From assembly GCA_013239625.1 (NCBI GenBank), contig MU054085.1, positions 62,001 through 109,016 of the forward strand: 47,016 nt of DNA, given 5' to 3'. Shown here piece by piece: positions 1 to 12,698 of this stretch; the stretch's first letter is position 1, and every line of letters starts with the position of its first letter. The notes under the pieces were generated by a model, which saw only the letters and a program-made list of their open reading frames with translations, was not told the DNA's origin and searched no databases. This DNA comes from Lama guanicoe (taxonomy: Eukaryota). A program made the translations under genes and the position numbers.

Positions 1-2254
1 AATTGATGGCATTATTGAGGTTTCCTTGTAACTAACTCTTTGTTTTTCTCTTACTGCCTCTTGCTCCTCTCTTTATTTTAACTTTTGTCATTTTGATTAT
101 AAAATGTCTTGGCGTGAGTCATTTCGAGTTCATCTTGTTTGAGACCTTCTGTGCTTCCTATTCTTGGATATCTGTTTCCTTCTTTAGGTTTGGAAAGATT
201 TTACCCATAATGTCTTCAAAAACATTTTCAATTCCCTTTTCTCTTCTTTCTCCTTCTGGAATCCCTAGGTAATGTGTAGATTGGCAAGCTTTATAGTATC
301 CCGCAGACCTCTTTCTTGCTTTCATTAAAAAAAAATGTGTCTTTCTTTCTGTTGTGCTAATTGGGTGATTTCCATGACTCCATCCTCCAGGTCACTTAAT
401 CTTTCTTATGCATCATCCAGTTTGTTATTTATTGTCTTTAGTTCAGCTTTCAACTCAGCAAGTAAGTTTTCCAATTTTAAGTGGCTCCTCCTTATAGTTT
501 GTAGTTCCTTTTTACATTTGTATCAGCAGCCTTTCTTAATTCCTTCAGTACTTTTATTACCTCCTTTTGAACTTAGGATCTGGTAGACTGGAAACATATG
601 TTTCAGTGTTCTTTCAGAGGCATTCTCTTGATATTTTAATAGGGAGTGGTTCTTTTGCTTCTTCATTTTATTTATATTTCTCTGACTCATGATTTTAGGA
701 GGAGAAATGTTTATCTACTCTGGTCTTGAAGGGCTGTTTTTATGTGGGACTGTCCCTCTGTAGCCTGTGTGAGTCTAATATTTTTTGTGTAGGGCTCTTT
801 TTAGTGTATGTGCTTGCCATGTCTTTCCTCAGTGTGTGCTAGCCATTATTCCCTCAATAGGAAATGTGATTGGTATTGTGGTGACCAGAGCCTGTACTGG
901 ATGTTGAGTGGGGCCTCATTTTTTTTCTCTGTGTTGTCACAGTCATGTCAGGGGCAGAGTTTGCCCCCAAGTTATTGGAGTAGATGCCCCCAGATCTGTT
1001 TCTGAACTTCAGTGTGAGGTAGGAAGGACTGGAGAGCTTCTGCTGGGAGAGGAGCCACTGAGTATCCTTCTGTAGGATCTATCCACCAGAAGATGTGCTC
1101 TGTGGTGTCACCTGCCACTCATTAGGCAGACTCACAAAGAACAGTGTTGGCACTGCCTTTGGCCCAGCCTCAACCATAGGAATGCAGGCAGCCAGCCTGG
1201 GAATCCCTCATGTGCTGTGGTCCTAAAGACATCCAGTGCATATTTGTGGCACAGATCTGCTGGAGTCAGGCACTGGGACTGCCATAATAGCGCACCTGGA
1301 CCCACTGCAGGAGCTACAGAATCAGCCCAGACTCTGGCCCTGCCTCTGTGTGTGGATACCCCCAAAGCTTGCAGCCATTAATGCCAAACCTTCCCCAACC
1401 AGGAGAGCACAAATAATCCACTAGGTGTCCCATGGGCGCAGAGTTTACAAGCCTGCATAAATCCATGGATCTTACAGATGCTGCTTCTGAAGTTTGGAGA
1501 AACTTGAGGATTGGATCAGATTCCACTGCCTGTGCATGTGGGCAAACTGCAAGTGCTTGCATGTTCCCAGATCTCATAGAGAAGGAGCTGTGCCTGCTGT
1601 GAGCAAGCCTAGAGTGAGGCTACTATTGAAGGGTCCCACCCTCTTCCTTCTCACATGAGTTAATAATGGGGCTAACAATGGGGCTTCTATGGTGAACCCA
1701 GGCTCAGTCTTGTGCATGCCCCCAGTTATGGTTTGACCCACACTCCAGCCCCTTTTGGCTGTTTCTGTGCAGCCAACTCTAGTCCTCTAACTCAGGTCTG
1801 TCTTCTGAAGCTCAAGTTTTAGCTCCCAGTCCTCATGTGCACCAGCATATGACCATCTTGGTTTGAGGAGTGCAGGGAGGTGGCCAGGAATGGCTGTGCT
1901 GGTCTCTCTCCATTCTGATGGCTGCAATCTGGCTGCTGCGCTTTTCTCTGAGCCTCTAAAGCTTTCTGTCTGTCCTGGCTGATTTCCCAGACAGTGAAGG
2001 GGATTCTCAGGGTACAGGAACCTTTCCTCTTTCACAGTTTCCTCCCAGGGTGCAGGTCCCAACACAACTCCTTTTTTTTCTTTCATCCTATCTGATTATG
2101 TGATTACCTTTCTTGCAACATTGGTTGCATGAGATCTTCTACCAGCATTCAGTAAGTATGCTGTGAGAACTGGTCCACATGTAGATGTATTTTTTGATGT
2201 ATTTATGAGAGGTGAGCTCTGTGTCCTTCTGTTCTTCCATCTTGATCTCCTCCC
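1..2254 (-). mobile_element. Degenerate L1-family 5' portion (5'UTR plus ORF1 remnant), running off the window start
   Basis: Minus strand begins GGAGGAGATCAAGATGG...GAGCTCACCTC, a typical L1 5' end. Positions 1-660 resemble decayed ORF1 coiled-coil sequence, similar to 14600-15130. Confidence 0.8.
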
Positions 2255-2259
2255 AGAAA

Positions 2260-3300
2260 CCTTTCTTTTTATCCAGACCAATTTTATCTGTTTTTGTATA
2301 AAAGACTTTGGGTTCCCCAGTGATGGGTTGAGTCAAGGGACTCAGACCCTTTTTTAAAATATTTTTTAATTAATTAATTGGCCCAAGCAATTGTTGCTCA
2401 GATATCTCAGTGCAATTTTTTCTGCCTTTTAAATCTCTCTCTCTCTCCATATATATATTAATTTGGATAAATAGAATGGACTTCTTTTTAGGCCATTTAA
2501 TGTTGTGGACCAATAGAGGGTTCCCTTTGGCCAATTCAACCTTAGTTAGTGTTGTATCAAAATGTTTGTTTAAATCCCATTAACATCCATTTTTTTGGAC
2601 CCCATTTTTAAACAAGCATCTAAAGATTTTTTGTCCATTTGAGATAAGTCCCTTTAAAATTTCTACCTTGTGAAGAAGTCTCTAGATTCTCTTTTTAGTT
2701 TTTCTCTGAATTCCCCATTAATCAACTTAATTAACATTAATTATCCTAATGTTTTTATTAGCATTTGTAAATTTATAAGACCCACTGAAGGGAAGCAGAA
2801 ACCACAAATAAGGTTTTCCAAATCGATTTTTTTTGTTTTTTTGTTTTTCTTAAATTAAAGGAGTTCTTAGGTTAATCATTTTATATATATATCTTTTCCC
2901 ACCTCCTAGTTTATTTTATTTTTCCATAGGTACCAATAAAATAGCTGTTTATGAGAGTTCTCTAAAAATTTACCAATTTAGATGTTTCTCCAACTTGAAG
3001 GATCCATCATCTGGCCATTGTGAGATATATCTTAGTAGTGACTCAGACCAAAAAGATGCAAGAGGCATCCCCACAGGGGAGTGTGAAAAATGCTGTTTAA
3101 ACATGATCTAGAAACTTTACACCCAAAAATAGTCTAAGAAAGTAAAGATCTTCATTGTATAGGCTGATGCAATGAAGGTCAAGATGGCAAAAAGCCCCTG
3201 AGAGTTGACCCAGTGAGACAAAAAGGCTTCTCAGGATCTCAGTCTATTTTACTGGTTGCCAAATGGCTTCCAAATGTACACCACATGTTTACCTTCTGGA
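2260..3300. mobile_element. Possible ERV internal (non-coding) fragment
   Basis: T-rich sequence resembling ERV1 MER4/MER34-group internal regions. No ORF or LTR pair is visible. Confidence 0.3.
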
Positions 3301-3749
3301 TAACAGAGGCCAATTTCTCAACACAAACACACATACACACCCCACCAAAGAAGACCAGGTGGAACAGTTACATCTCCAAGACACAAGAAGAGAAATGCCA
3401 GTTCCCCCAAGAAGAGCTTTTGTTTCTTTAAGGTCAGAATTGTGAAAAGATGTTTTATCAAGTTGGCTTTCTCTTAGTTGACTATGTGTGCAATAAAAAA
3501 GCTCCATATTGGCCATTTTCAGGGTGAGACTTATTTTTTAATTCCCAATTAAGTAAGTATGTGTAAGTATATATTTTGTACATATATAAACATGGCTGGA
3601 ATGTTGGTTGGAGGCAAAGATGTTGGGCCAGCCTCTCACCTAAATCACCAAACGGCTGCAGTGGCTGATGGATGGTTGCAACATCCTTTGTTAACTGATA
3701 TGACAGGCGACATTTTTCTTCCACACTGTTTTCTATTTAGTTGTCTATT

Positions 3750-3902
3750 CCAGTGGTTCCGTGGGCCATTCACATCATAATGACTAGCATGCTTGTTAAA
3801 ATTCAGATCTACTAAGTCAGGATCTCTGGAGATGGGGCTAAGAATCCAGGCATTGATAAACCCCCTATGTGATTTTTATGCCCGTTAGGATTTGAAGCCA
3901 TT
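3750..3902. mobile_element. MER5-like hAT-Charlie DNA transposon relic
   Basis: cagtggttc... terminus and cttgttaaaattcagat...tcaggatctctggagatgggg internal motifs. Confidence 0.65.
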
Positions 3903-4280
3903 GAGTTTGTCTTACCAGTTTTCAGCTTCTTAGTTCCTTCTCTTGGGTACTAAACTCACCTTTCTTTCATGACTTAGCAGTTGTGTGGGCAATGTTCAGG
4001 TCAACCTGGCCCCAGGACTCCCTCACCTTGTGCACCAGTTTCATGAGCAATCCAGTAATCCCACCCCTGCCTCCAATATCTAGATGAGTCTGGCCTTGTG
4101 GACAGGACATGGATGCTTAAGTTGCTAGTTGTAAATGTAAGATATTATCCTTCTCAGTGACATAAGCTATTTCTCTTTCTAAAAGAAGACTTTATCCCCC
4201 AGAGAGATGCATATCTAGGGAATTCTGTGCACTCAAAGCTTAATGTGCCAAGATTAATTACAATGGGAGATCCTTAAAAA

Positions 4281-4443
4281 TTTTTTTTACTTATTTATTT
4301 TTATTTAATTAATTTAATTTTGTCAGGGAGAGGGAAGTAATAAGTCTATTTATTTATTTACTTTTGGAGGAGATACTGGGGATTGAACCCAGGACCCTGT
4401 GCATGCTAAGCATGCACTCTACCACTTGGGCTATATCCTCACC
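4281..4443 (-). mobile_element. tRNA-Ala-derived SINE (camelid Vic-1 type)
   Basis: Reverse complement reads GGATATAGCCCAAGTGGTAGAGTGCATGCTTAGCATGCACAGGGTCCTGGGTTCAATCCCCAGTATCTCC (pol III A and B boxes) plus an A/T-rich tail. Imperfect TSD ggagatcctt/ggaaatcctt. Confidence 0.9.
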
Positions 4444-4744
4444 TTTACCACTGGAAATCCTTGATAAGCCTCTTCTAATCATAGTTACAACTTGCTCGTA
4501 TATCTCACCTAATTATAGCGACAACTACAGAGACTATGAGTATAATTTAGCCTTTGAAACATTTTTCTGATGGTGTAATGGGGTTATGGAAATTTGCTGC
4601 TCCTGGAAAGACCACCTATTAAATTAGCATTTTGGCAACATGTTTGGGATGGGCATTCCAGGCTAGGCTCTAACCCCCTTTAAGAATAGAGTAGAGACCT
4701 AGGAATACAATGAATAAAGGAAACAGCAGAGGGTCTTGCTTAAG

Positions 4745-4945
4745 ACATTGGGCTTTGGGATCAGGCAGCTCTGAGATTCAGTTCTCACAGTGGGATCTCA
4801 AACAAATTACTGTCTATGTCCCGTTGTTCTCATATTAAATTAATGGCAATAATAACATTGATTTCACAACATGTGAAGGTTAAACATGATAAATGTACAT
4901 AAAGTGCTTAGTACAAGATATTTAGAATGTAAGTTGTTATTATAA
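4745..4945 (+). mobile_element. MIR SINE relic
   Basis: gggctttgggatcaggcagctc...gtgaaggttaaacatgataaatgtacataaagtgcttagtaca resembles the MIR consensus. Confidence 0.7.
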
Positions 4946-6836
4946 TTAATATTTTAATAACATTATTGACATTATAGTTTCCTTCTAAGCAATTCTTCTC
5001 TTGTTCCTCTTTTTAGGGCTTCAAACTTTTCTGGAACACAAAGACCTTGGGGATATATTTGTGTGCCTTTTTTCACCGCATTTTGTGTATAGATGCAATC
5101 CAGACAACATGAACACCTAGGACCAAAGAGGTCTCAACTTCTTGGGGACCAAATGGGAAATCATCTTGTCTTGATAATAGCTGGGGAATGGATTCTGAGT
5201 TCACTGCTTGCTGATGTATAACCTCAGTGTTGTCTTCTCTCTGAAAAATTAGGCAACAGAATTATATCTCATTTAGGCCATGGGACCCTGAGTCCAGTAC
5301 AGTAAGAGAGGTCTCCCAGAACACAGACCCAAGTTTTCCCTCTTTCACCTACTCTACTCACCCTTTTGAGCATTTATACTCTGTCTCTTATGGGACATAG
5401 GGACTGAATTCTGCACTGGAAATCTACAAAAAATCCATAACAATCAACTAGCAAGGTTAAGAATCTGGTGAGGTTTGATGGTTCTGAGACATAGCATCCA
5501 GTTCCAAATCCAAAGCCAATGTAGATTAGAGCCAGATGTGACCCTGCTAAATCTAATGTATGCAACACAAAACAAATGCCTCCTGCCTCACAGGTGTTAT
5601 GATGGGCAAAACTGAGCCTTCCCTGCCACAATTTGGCATCAGCAGCAGCACAAAAAGCAGAGAAGCTTGTTATTTTTTTAAAGAGAGGTTCTTGCATGGC
5701 ATCTCTGAGTGGGCTTCTGGGATGCCATGTCCCCTACTCTGCTTTTCCCCCAATAGAAGGCATAGGTCTCCACTGGTCTCCACTCCACCATTATGACAAA
5801 GCCCACTGGAACATTAGGATCAACCCAGAGGCATCTGGGAGTTGGCAGAATGGTTAGAAATGTGCGATCTGAAAGGATAATGACATGAGGAGTCCGTGGT
5901 GGAGCCCCATGATCAGCTCTCAAAATCAGATTGGAAGTTCTCCTGGTGGGAACAGAAACAAAAGTGATTGTATGTATAAGTCCCCACTTCCTGTCCTACA
6001 TATTCTAATGTGTGTGTCTTTCCTTCTTCAAATCCATAACCCAGACAACACCCAGGCATAGGAAAGTCATGCTCATGGCATTGGCTCTGGGAAACTTCAA
6101 AGTGACATCCCCAGATGCTGGCAGAGTGCATTTGGCTGTAGTGTTGGGTACATTATTCATTTGAATCCTTGACCTGTGTGTGCATTTTAATAAAGAGGAT
6201 CCTCCAGAGGGCAGCAGAGAGCAGTCCTGTGGCCCTGAGACGGAACCCTGAGGGAGGCGGGGGTAAAGGTGGTGGTGGCCAGATTCCACTGGGGTTACTG
6301 AGGGACCGGCTTTTGATTTGGGAGGATTTAAAATCAACAATAAACTCAATTGAAAAAAAAATCAAACATTGAAAGAGGGCTAAAGAATTTGGAACTTCAC
6401 AACCTAAAAAAGCAAGGATGCCCATCAGATATGAGAAAACTTGGGAGGTTTTGGAAATAAGTGATTGGGATGGGAAAACATTTTCTGTGAGTGATTGCCT
6501 GTGCACTGCCACTGAAGAAAACATTAGGCCTTCAGAGCTCAGTGAGAGGTAGATGAGCCCCAGGAGGAGCAGAGTGGCTGCTGGGAAACTTGAAACAGCT
6601 TTGGAACAAAATCATAATTCACCTCAGACACCCAGATGAGTTAAAGCTGTAGAATGTCCTTAAAGATGTTCGTGGCAGTAAACACACCAAATTCTTGATT
6701 AAGGAGTGTGATTACTCTTCCATGAAAGATGTGCATGAAGAGGCCCTTTTCTATAAACAATTTATTTTCTCTCCTTCTCTGGAGAGCAGAGGATGAATGT
6801 TTCTTCCGAGAAGATTCAGGCTTTATACCCTTTATT

Positions 6837-6870
6837 ACACACACACGCACACACACACACACACATACAC
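6837..6870. repeat. Imperfect (CA)n microsatellite
   Basis: Direct observation. Confidence 0.95.
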
Positions 6871-7249
6871 TGTTCTACGTATGTTTGTGGGGAACTTAAA
6901 GGGAATTTGTGTATTCCTTGACGCTTATCCAGGCACCTCAGTTTAAGATGCTTTAAACAAAAAAAATCTTTACTGTTTGTTTCTGAAACTGTGTTGGGTA
7001 GCTGTCTAGATTCTTCTCAAAATTCCCTCTTTCAAAGCTTTTACAATATGTGTCATTGCAAGTCTGTTAACAGCTGCTCATCACTCTTTTGAGGGCACAT
7101 GCATGAGGGGTGAGGTGGTACATGTTGGCCTCTACTTCCTGGGCTTTCTTACAGGTTTCCAGGGCTCACAGAGATTAACCACTGAAGTTTCTAATACTGC
7201 CAAGGGTTTCCTGAAATGTGCTTTCAAACACAGGGGACAGGACCAAAGC

Positions 7250-7691
7250 TCTGGTGGCAGTTGTGGAAGTCATGGCACAGATTTCCCTTCAAGAGAGATC
7301 TGGTGATGGGTGAGCAACCAGCTGCCTGCCTCCAGCTGCAGAGCATTTAGGACCCATCACAGTTCAAGTGCAGACCACTGTCTCCCCAGAGAGCTCCCAG
7401 GCAGTGACCCAGCATGCTGGGGGTACCAGCCCTGGCCGTTTCTGCCAGTGCAGGGTTTTTCTCTGGGACCCTTTGCACACTGGTGGGTCAACTGAGACTT
7501 CCTGCACTGCAGACAGAGGCTCCTCCTGCTCAATCTTCCCCTCTTCCCCTCCCCCTTTCTGCCCGGGTGTCAGATCTGCACAGGGGTCTCAAGGCCTCCT
7601 CTGCCTACCTTCTTTACCCTTTATCTTTCCCAAGTGTTCCCCCAATAGGTCTCTTGCTGTCTGCTTCTGAGAGGATTCTGAACGGAGACAG
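7250..7691 (+). mobile_element. LTR16C-like solo LTR (ERVL)
   Basis: ggtgtcagatctgca...ggtctcaaggc...tttatctttc...ttcccccaata...tctcttgc...gtctgcttct...gaggat...gaac...aca matches the LTR16C 3' end as I recall it. Confidence 0.7.
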
Positions 7692-7942
7692 CTCTGCTCA
7701 TAGGTAACATTGTTGGCCACTTCACACAATCCCATTTTACTTTCACAGATCCCCAGCTGAAAACAGCCTCCACATCTTGCCAACCCATTTTGTCACAGGG
7801 TTAGGAGTTTGCTGGGTGTTGGGTTCCATTCTTCTGTCCATGCAGTTTTTTAGGGTTCATAGTACCACCCTCATTCAGCCTCTTGTAGGGTGCTTAGATT
7901 CCCTGGAGATGAGACAGAGGCATCAAGTGGTCAAAAACATAC

Positions 7943-7948
7943 TTTATT
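7943..7948 (-). promoter_or_regulatory. Candidate distal polyadenylation signal of TACR1
   Basis: tttatt on plus (AATAAA on minus), followed on the minus strand by T-rich sequence (gtatgtttttg). Confidence 0.5.
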
Positions 7949-10039
7949 TCTGTATGAAGATTCTTTCCAGGATCCCAGGATGGAAAACACAAAAACTTCA
8001 GGGACTACTCCTCTCTATTTACATGATTCTTCTTGAAATCCAGGTCAACAAGGTCAGCTCCCAAACCCTCTTTTCCCAGCGTACCATTCAGTCCTTCCAA
8101 GAGAAAGGGCATTCCGGACTGTCTTAGCATTCCAGTGGGAGGTGAGGAGGACAAGGACCCCTGTCCCGTAGTTCCTCCCACATAGGTCTCCCTCCCCACC
8201 CCTCAGTTACTACAGCCCTACTGGGAGTCCATGACGTACCTCCGCTTCCCTCTGAGAAAGAATGAGGAGGGATTGGCACAATATAAATAGCACATTGTCA
8301 GCAACTAAATCCCACATTTTATAAATAACATAACAAAGATGGCCCCATGATGCCTTACATTTGACTACTACTGATTAGTACATCAAGGATAAACACTGAG
8401 TGACGCATTTCTATAAGAATGAGACCCATGCACAGTGCACACCTTGGTGTTTCTCACCCATGGGAGGTAACAACGATTTTTTAAGTTAAGTGGTGGTTGG
8501 AGAGTGGGTCAGAGGAAGGCTTGCTGGGCTCTCTCAGAGGAAACGTTCCACCAGATTTGAAACCGACCCACTCGGTCTTATTATGTCAGTGATGATGCTG
8601 TCTAACCACATCCCTTCAGGTCCCCTGGACTGACTGGTGGTTCCCTTTGGAATTATCTCAGCGAGCTCTTGTTGCAAAAGCCTATCTTAAGGTCCTTGCC
8701 TTTGGCTTGATTACCTCTGTTCAACGTGAGTCTTTAGAATCCTATGGAGAATCTGCTTCCCAGCTGCCTCCATGCCTGCTGGGTAGCCTAGACCCACTAA
8801 GACTGGGGGGTTACCAATGGCTTATCAGGTAGGCTTCTCAAGAGCAGAAGAAGCCATGTGTCCCCAGCTCAAGGTCAGGTCTAGAGCAAGTGCTTAATAA
8901 TCCCTGTTGAATTCAACTCTAACCTCTTCCACAGAGAGGATGTCCCCTATCCCTTAACACTTTCTTCTTGGGTACCTCTCATAATCACGCTGGTTCTTAA
9001 ATCCCTCTGAAGTGAATAATCCATATATGGCATGATTCTTTATCAGAAGTATGACTAACACTTTGGGCACTGACTTTTGTTGCCCCAAATTTATGTGTTC
9101 TAATCACATATTTACATTGAGATGGCTTTACTTCATTTAATCCTTCTCATGCTGCTTTGGAGAATATGGCTGTCAAGTCTTTCTGGCTTAGACTGTTGCT
9201 ATACAAATTCCTCCTGGTTTGCCAATGCCTGTAGGGTTAGAGCCAGCATGGCTGGTAAAGGCTGTAAAGTCTATTCCCAGCATTGTTCCCTCAAAATGAT
9301 GGATGCAGAACATATGCCTACATTCTTCAAATAATGAGGAAGGCATTCATGGTAGTTACATGAAGTTTCTGCTTTTAGCCACGAATGGACAAAGTGCAGA
9401 TCTGGAAGACAAAAAGAAACTGCATGCCTACCTGCTGGAAAACCCAAAACTGTGTTAGGACATGAAGCTTTAAGTTCAGGACTCTTGGTCAACTGACTGT
9501 TCCATAGGGTTGATCAATCATCCCACCTCTTATAGACAGGAAACCAGCAAAGCCAGGGGGCAGGAAGGGGAGATTCAGAGAGTCTAAAGGGAAGATGCAA
9601 GGTGGCCTCTTCCCACAATTGTTGTTGCACGGTGCAGCCCCCTCAGTCATTCGGCATCTGAGTGTATTGTATGCCTTGTGTTAGTATAAAGCTAAAACTT
9701 GATTAGTGCCCCTGCCCTAAGACACCCCAAAGGTCAGAGCAGAGAGCCCACATCTGTCTTCCCTGATGGCATTCTCCATCTCTGAGTCTCAGCCTGCTAA
9801 AGCCTGATGAGGAGATGCAGGCTTTGACGTGAAGTCCTCTGCTCTGTCATAGACCAAAATCTTCCAGGAGAAGGAAAGTACTCATGGTTTTAGGATAAAT
9901 CAGAGAATGTCATGTATGGATATTGACACATGGTCTTGGCAGTCGCCACATCTCTAGTTGCTGGATGTTAAATTGGTAAACTTGCTCCTATTCTTTCTGT
10001 GACTACCAATTTTTGGTGAAATACACAAAAAACTCATAA

Positions 10040-10140
10040 AATCATAGAACCACTGAATGCTGAAATTCCAAGGAACACCTTGATAGTAGAATTCAGCCTT
10101 ATAGTTTTACAAATAAGGAAAGAGGCTCAGATAGGTAAGT
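10040..10140 (-). mobile_element. MIR relic in the putative 3'UTR
   Basis: ttttacaaataaggaaagaggctcagataggtaagt is the MIR core in reverse orientation. Confidence 0.65.
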
Positions 10141-10564
10141 ACGGCACAGCTCTCACTCTGGGTCCACAACAGACATTAGCTAGTATCAGTAGACATATTC
10201 TAGCTGCACTAATTGTCCAAGACACTCGCTGGGGACATAGTGCAGATGACCTTGAGGCTCTCAGTCCCATGATGCACTGAGATTTTGAGATGCCAGGAAG
10301 GGGCAGAAGTATGCCTTCTTTTCATGGGTGCTTAGAAGACAGGGTTCAATCTTTCATTCATATCTTATGTGGTTCCTCCTTTTGTTCACTTTATCAAGCA
10401 GAGACTGAGCCAGTGTGAGCCACCAGCTAAAGGAAGATAATCTAAGCAAGACTGAGAACAAATTTATTGATGCAGGACAGGGCTCCAGGCAAACAGATCC
10501 CTTGGATCTGTTGCTTCACTGCAAGATGCACCTTGAAATGAGCACCCACATGCAATTCAAGTTA

Positions 10565-10715
10565 ATTCTAGGATCATGAAATGGACTGTAGAGAAAATCA
10601 AGTCTAACCTTCCCATGTTACAGGCTCAGAGAAGTTTGATGATTTGTTTCAGGTCACACGGCTTCTGGGTGACAAAGACATGGAAGAATCCAGGCTTTTG
10701 ACTCCAGGATGGAAT
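10565..10715 (-). mobile_element. MIR relic in the proximal 3'UTR
   Basis: aggctcagagaagtttgatgatttgtttcaggtcacacggct...aatccaggcttttgactcc is the MIR core in reverse orientation. Confidence 0.7.
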
Positions 10716-10837
10716 GTTTTCCCTAAACTATTCTGACCCTTTCACAGGCCCCAAGGATGTTTCCTATGGTTTCTATATTGAGGATTTATTCATGCATGAC
10801 AAAGAAGTGGTGGTCAAGCTACTGATGGCCCTGTGAT

Positions 10838-11129
10838 CTAGGAGAGCGTGTTGGAGTAGAAGCTGAAGCTCTCTGTCATGGTCTTGGAGTCGCTGCGAGA
10901 GGAGCCATTGGAGGTCTGGTCCAGGGATGAGGGCATGGCCTTGGGGCCTTCCTCCAGCTCTTCCTCATGGGCCCCCACCACGGTGGAGACAGTGGTCTCC
11001 AGGCGGCTGACTTTGTACACGCTGCCCTGGGTCTGGAGGTACCGAGTGGATTTCATTTCAAGCCCCTCATAGTCACCAGCACTGATAAAAGGGCAGCATC
11101 GGAAGGCGTGCTTGAAGCCCTGACGGAAC
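10838..11129 (-). CDS. TACR1: TACR1 coding exon 5 (292 bp to TAG; helix 8 and C-terminal tail, ending at residue 407 by human numbering)
   Basis: Translates (R)FRQGFKHAFRCCPFISAGDYEGLEMKSTRYLQTQGSVYKVSRLETTVSTVVGAHEEE...SFSFYSNTLS*. Polypyrimidine tract plus cag acceptor at 11130; stop at 10838-10840. Confidence 0.98.
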
Positions 11130-12191
11130 CTGGGGAGAGAGAGAGGATGGAGAGGTAACCCTTGGGGATGGCCCACTTTTGGAGGGCTTTCTCATCACTG
11201 CAGTAACTCTGTAACACATGGTCATAGCCAAACATGACTCTGTGTGATTATTTTTTAAATTAATTGACAGCTGGAGGTGCCAAGGGCAACAAGATTTAAA
11301 GGTCAGTCATCAAGGTCAACTCCAGGACTAGAACCCAGGATCACATGAAATGCATGTCCATACTGAGGGCAGTGGTTGAAATATGCTGCCTTCACTGGTT
11401 TGGGATCAGCTGATTTTGGGTCAATTCAACATCAGTAAAAACATTCACCAAGTGTTTAGTGTGCACACAACGCTGTGTCAAGACAGTCCTTTTCTTCAAG
11501 TGGCCCACTGACTTTCTGCCAATCACGTCCCTTCAGTGTGCCTCACTTCCCTTGTTTTTTTAAACAGAGATTTAGCCTTTACTTAAAGGCATGCTGGGAG
11601 ATTTAACCCAGAAATGTTTAGGTAGGTTGTGAGGTTCTTAGAAGAAAGACGAATCTGTGAGCGAGACTAACAAAGACCATTTGGACAAGTCCCAGAGAAT
11701 ATCAGTCCCCAGATTTACAGCACCTGAGTGCCTCATTCACAGAAGGCACTTTATAGGCTGATGACTGCTGGCTGTAAATGTGACAAGCATTTTATCCCTC
11801 TCCCTGCCTTCTGCCTCCTTTTCACCCAGAGGCTGGAGTGGTGCTATGTAGGACAGAGCTGCCACCATGGAATCTCAGCTCCCTCTTGGGGACTCTGCAC
11901 ACTGTGGTGAATTACCTATTGCTGACCACTATTCCTCATGGCTTCTCCCTTTTTACTTGTCTGAGGTTGGCTTCCACTTTGGGGAAGGCTTTCCTGACCC
12001 CTGTGGCCAAGTAAAGGCAGAATCAAACCTTTGAGGCCCTGACTTACTTTTGCTTATCTTGTCCTGCAGGACATGATGGAATAAACTGGACAAAGGTGCC
12101 CAGATTACATGATGGGATGGGAAGAGGACAGTGAGAGACCAGAGAAAGGAAAAGATGCCCTGTGGTGGATAATATTCTAATGACATCAAAC

Positions 12192-12278
12192 TTGCTCTCT
12201 CTCTTTCTCTCTTGTATTCTTTCTTTCTGTCTCTCTCTGACTCTATCTCTCTCTGACTTTCTGTCTCTCCCTGTCTGT
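12192..12278. repeat. CT-rich low-complexity tract in intron 4
   Basis: Degenerate (CT)n/(CTGT)n. Confidence 0.85.
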
Positions 12279-12698
12279 TTGCGCAGCCTTCTGTGCATGG
12301 AATCCATAGAGCAGGCTGAGAAAATTCATGAACTTGACCCAGCCTGCAACCTGCTTTTTATGCATCAATCACAGAGGTTTTTTTTATTTGCCTCTGCCCC
12401 CTACCTTCCACCATTGACTTAGTAACCAGTGTTTAAAAGCCAGAGGATTTCACACAAAAATACAGATTTTGCTTCCTTTGGAAAAGAAAAAAAAAGTCTC
12501 CTTGGGGCTCATGCTCCTGCATGGTGATAATCAGCAGGGACTGAACAGGTGATGATTAGTTTAGTTTTCTGCAGCCTCTACCATTCCCTCTTGTCTCACA
12601 GCCAGCTTTGCTCATTTAGTTTACCTGCTTGGGGTGGGGGTGATATAGACAAATGGTCTTCTCTTCCTTGGAGAGAGAACTGGGGATGGGATTCTTAC

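Larger units (their letters stand above)
7920..10837 (-). other. TACR1: Probable TACR1 3'UTR
   Basis: Follows the stop codon. Minus-strand AATAAA at 10785-10790, 10463-10468 and 7943-7948. The distal one gives ~2.9 kb, similar to the ~3 kb human UTR as I recall it. The end point is inferred. Confidence 0.55.

Noticed and set aside
10838..11176. Start codons of the track ORFs overlapping TACR1 exons (11176, 12931, 21459)
   Set aside because: The N-terminal extensions are intronic sequence upstream of canonical AG acceptors.
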